Notes under the pieces: model-generated
What the model was told of the DNA's origin: nothing
Seen by the model: only the letters and a program-made list of their open reading frames with translations
Database searches by the model: none
Position numbers and translations under genes: made by a program
NCBI GenBank assembly: GCA_963754315.1
Contig: CAVWFS010000015.1
Span: 96,001 to 160,000 of the forward strand
DNA length: 64,000 nt
Reading direction: 5' to 3'
Source of the DNA: an uncultured Candidatus Rokubacteria bacterium
Lineage (GTDB): Bacteria > Methylomirabilota > Methylomirabilia > Rokubacteriales > CSP1-6
In this document: positions 59,665 to 64,000 of the stretch, one piece after another
Layout of the letters: each line of letters begins with the position of its first letter
Numbering within the stretch: the stretch's first letter is position 1

Positions 59665-59693
59665 AGTATACGTCTGTGATATACACGTTACAA
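59665..59693 (-). promoter_or_regulatory. TA operon promoter with an overlapping inverted-repeat operator
   Basis: TTGTAA-N17-TATACT; GTATA-N9-TATAC inverted repeat at 59666-59684. Confidence 0.65.
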
Positions 59694-59759
59694 GCAGGAG
59701 AAAATGGCGTCCCGGTCCCGACGTCGAGCTGGCGACCCCTGTCGGGACCCTCCAATCAC

Positions 59760-61358
59760 CTAACCAGTCAGCACCCGGCCGGTACCGGCGGCGTTCATGC
59801 GCCCGGCGTCGACGACGACAGCACCGTTGACGATCACGTACGGGATGCCGACCGGATAGCGATGGGGATCGGCGTAGGTCGATTCGTCGCGTACCGTGGC
59901 CGGATCGAACACGGTCACGTCGGCGGCGGCGCCCGGCCGCAGCAGCCCGCGGTCCTTCAGGCCCAGGCGCCGAGCAGGCATGCCGGTCATCTTGTGCACG
60001 GCCGTCTCCAGCGAGAAGAGCGCGCGGTCGCGCGCATACTCCCCCAGCACCCTGGGGAACGTCCCGTACATCCGGGGATGCGGCTTGCCCGTGCGTGGCC
60101 CCTGCCCCTCGGAGAGCCCGATGGAATCGGAGCCGATCATGGTCGCCGGATGCGCGAGCACCTTGGCGACGTTCTCGAGATTCTGTGAGAACGACACCAT
60201 CCCCACCGTCGCCCGTTCGCCCAGGAGGAGGTCCATCAGGGACTCGGCGGGAGCTTTGCCGGTCTGATTCGCCAGCGCGGCCAGGGTGAGCCCTTCCAGC
60301 TCGTGCCGACGGCAGGTGGCGATCCGGATCTCGTCGAAGCCTACCGCTCCCTGTGAGACCGTTCGCCAGCGCTCGCCGTCCACCAGGCACTCGTCCACGA
60401 TGCGACGCCGCGTGGCGGGGTCGCCCAGGCGCTCCAGGAGCTTGACGATCCCGCCGTCGTGCACCCACGCGGGCATCAGGTTGTCCATCTTCGTGCTGCC
60501 GGCGTGATACGGGTAGACATCGCCGGTCACGTCCACGCCCCGCGCGCGCGCGTCGTCCAAGAGACGTAGAACCCGGTCCATCTTGCCCCAGTTCTCGCGT
60601 CCGCCCACCTTGACGTGGGCGATCTGCACGCCCACGCCGCCCTCTTCGCCGATGCGGATGGCCTCGCGGATGGACTCCTCCACCATGGCGCTCTCGCCGC
60701 GCACATGCGAGAAGTAGAGCCCTCCACGCCGAGCCATCGAGCGCGCCAGCGCCACCAGTTCCTCGGTGACGCTGTAGGCGCTGGGCGGATACACAAGTCC
60801 CGTGGAGTACCCGAAGGCCCCCGCGTCGAGCGCCTCCGCCAGCATGCGCTCCATGGCGCGCAGATCTTCGGTCGTCACGGGTCTGTTGTCGGGTCCGATG
60901 GCGGCCAGCCGCAGGGCCCCATGCCCCACGAACTGCACGACGTTGATCGACGGCTTCTGCGCCCGAAGCGCGTCGAGGTACTGAGGGAATGTCTCCCAGC
61001 GGAAGTCGGCCGAGGCGCCGATGCCCCCCGCCCACGTCTGGACGAGTTCCTCCCGCCCCGGTGCGATCGGCGCAGGAGAGAACGAGCACATGCCCACCAC
61101 TTCCGTCGTGCAACCCTGGCGGATCTTGGACTCGGCCGACGGGCACGCGAAGTAGAAGAGATCGGAATGCGAATGGGCATCAATGAAGCCGGGAGCCACC
61201 ACGTGCCCGACGGCGTCGATCACTCGCTGCGCCTGTCCGTCAAGGCTGGGAGCGATGGCCGCCACGCGGTCACCTTCAAGGGCCACGTCGGCCACCCTCC
61301 GCGGGGCGCCGCTTCCATCGATGAGGGTGCCGCCGCGGATCAGCAGTGACCAGGCCAC
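59760..61358 (-). CDS. N-acyl-D-amino acid deacylase (D-aminoacylase)
   Basis: APGFIDAHSHSD, YFSHVRGE, DVYPY, GSD, PHPR.YGTFPR. Confidence 0.92.
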   Translation of the reverse strand: MAWSLLIRGGTLIDGSGAPRRVADVALEGDRVAAIAPSLDGQAQRVIDAVGHVVAPGFIDAHSHSDLFYFACPSAESKIRQGCTTEVVGMCSFSPAPIAPGREELVQTWAGGIGASADFRWETFPQYLDALRAQKPSINVVQFVGHGALRLAAIGPDNRPVTTEDLRAMERMLAEALDAGAFGYSTGLVYPPSAYSVTEELVALARSMARRGGLYFSHVRGESAMVEESIREAIRIGEEGGVGVQIAHVKVGGRENWGKMDRVLRLLDDARARGVDVTGDVYPYHAGSTKMDNLMPAWVHDGGIVKLLERLGDPATRRRIVDECLVDGERWRTVSQGAVGFDEIRIATCRRHELEGLTLAALANQTGKAPAESLMDLLLGERATVGMVSFSQNLENVAKVLAHPATMIGSDSIGLSEGQGPRTGKPHPRMYGTFPRVLGEYARDRALFSLETAVHKMTGMPARRLGLKDRGLLRPGAAADVTVFDPATVRDESTYADPHRYPVGIPYVIVNGAVVVDAGRMNAAGTGRVLTG

Positions 61359-61360
61359 GC

Positions 61361-61795
61361 CTATTCCTCGACGATGGCGACCGCGGTCATGCGATCGCCC
61401 TGCTTGATGCGGTCCACGTGCTCCATGCCGGTCACAACTTTTCCGAACACCGTGTAGTTGCCGTCAAGGTGGGGGGTGGCTCCGTAGCAGATGTAGAACT
61501 GGCTGCCCGCGGAGTCGGGATCCTGGCTGCGGGCCATGGCGACCGTTCCCCGCACGTGCTTGTGCTTGTTGAACTCCGCCTTGATGGTGTAGCCGGGGCC
61601 GCCGCTGCCGTTGCCCTTCGGATCGCCGCCCTGGACCACGAAATCGGGTACCACCCGGTGAAAGGTGAGGCCGTCATAGAAGCCCTTCTTGGCGAGGGTC
61701 ACGAAGTTCTCCACGGTCTTGGGGGCATCCTGCGGGAAGAACTCCATCCGGATCTCCCCACCCTTCTCGAGCGTGATGACGGCTGCCTGCGTCAT
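61361..61795 (-). CDS. Cyclophilin-type peptidyl-prolyl isomerase, cytoplasmic
   Basis: APKTVENF, FHRVV, QGGDP, AGSQFYI, LDGNYTVFG. Confidence 0.93.
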   Translation of the reverse strand: MTQAAVITLEKGGEIRMEFFPQDAPKTVENFVTLAKKGFYDGLTFHRVVPDFVVQGGDPKGNGSGGPGYTIKAEFNKHKHVRGTVAMARSQDPDSAGSQFYICYGATPHLDGNYTVFGKVVTGMEHVDRIKQGDRMTAVAIVEE

Positions 61796-61806
61796 TGAGA
61801 GGCTCC

Positions 61807-62343
61807 TCAGTCCACGAGTTTGATTGATGCAATGCGGTCGCCGACCTTGATGCCATCGACCACGTTCATGCCGCTGACCACCTTGCCGAACACCGTGTAC
61901 TTCCCATCCAGGAAGGGGGCCGCGGCCAGGGTGATGTAGAACTGGCTGCCCGCCGAGTCGGGATCGGACGAGCGCGCCATCGCGATGACTCCGCGCTCGT
62001 GCTTCTGCTTGTTGAACTCGGCCTTGATCGAGTAGCCGGGCCCACCGGTGCCGACCTTGCGGTCGCCAGGGGCAAGGGTCTTCGACTGCGGATCCCCCGC
62101 CTGGACCACGAAGCCCGGCTCGACGCGGTGGAAGAATTGCCCATCGTAAAAGCCCTGGCCGGCGAGCTTCACGAAGTTCTCGACGGTTTTCGGCGCGTCG
62201 GCGGGGAAGAACTCGATCCGGATCTCGCCGCCCTTCTGCAGCGTGATCACCGCTCCCTTGGCCTTGTCCTGGGCGACGGCCAGCGACGTGAAGACACCTG
62301 AGACGAACACGAGCATCGCGAGACGCAGCAGGGCTCTTCGCAC
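61807..62343 (-). CDS. Cyclophilin-type peptidyl-prolyl isomerase with signal peptide
   Basis: AAAGGAG RBS + GTG, signal peptide ending AVA-Q, same cyclophilin motifs. Confidence 0.92.
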   Translation of the reverse strand: MRRALLRLAMLVFVSGVFTSLAVAQDKAKGAVITLQKGGEIRIEFFPADAPKTVENFVKLAGQGFYDGQFFHRVEPGFVVQAGDPQSKTLAPGDRKVGTGGPGYSIKAEFNKQKHERGVIAMARSSDPDSAGSQFYITLAAAPFLDGKYTVFGKVVSGMNVVDGIKVGDRIASIKLVD

Positions 62344-62417
62344 GTTGGGGCTCCTTTCTGAACGTCTGCAAGGTAGCATAGCGCGGCGAGGACGCGCCCG
62401 CGTGGTACGATGACTTG

Positions 62418-64000
<1,583 letters not shown>

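Overview
High-GC bacterial chromosomal window of mostly housekeeping, transport and catabolic genes. Gene content and style suggest a Rokubacteria/Methylomirabilota-like organism, but this is inference only. No rRNA, tRNA, CRISPR array, transposase or integrase was recognised. Main blocks: (1) ThDP enzymes and an HpaB-like monooxygenase; (2) a long minus-strand string of phosphotransferase-kinase, methyltransferase, phnDCE, tctCBA and an orphan form-II CoxL-like molybdoenzyme; (3) ybbP/ybbA/tesA; (4) a CDP-alcohol phosphatidyltransferase-TPR-lytic transglycosylase fusion, glnD and hisC; (5) tmk-holB-ricT-metG...tatD; (6) tupABC-modE-modBC, DUF465-moaC-acuC, tpx, moaD; (7) ilvE, a BrnT/CopG toxin-antitoxin pair ending in an attC-like site, two cyclophilins and typA. 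The strongest unexplained signal is a dispersed family of ~85-bp two-hairpin intergenic elements at four loci (1, 3, 2 and 4 copies). Each lies next to a stop codon, and their 13-bp stem shows compensatory base changes between loci. About seven single-base frameshifts suggest sequence-consensus errors, so the fusion and pseudogene calls need read-level checking.
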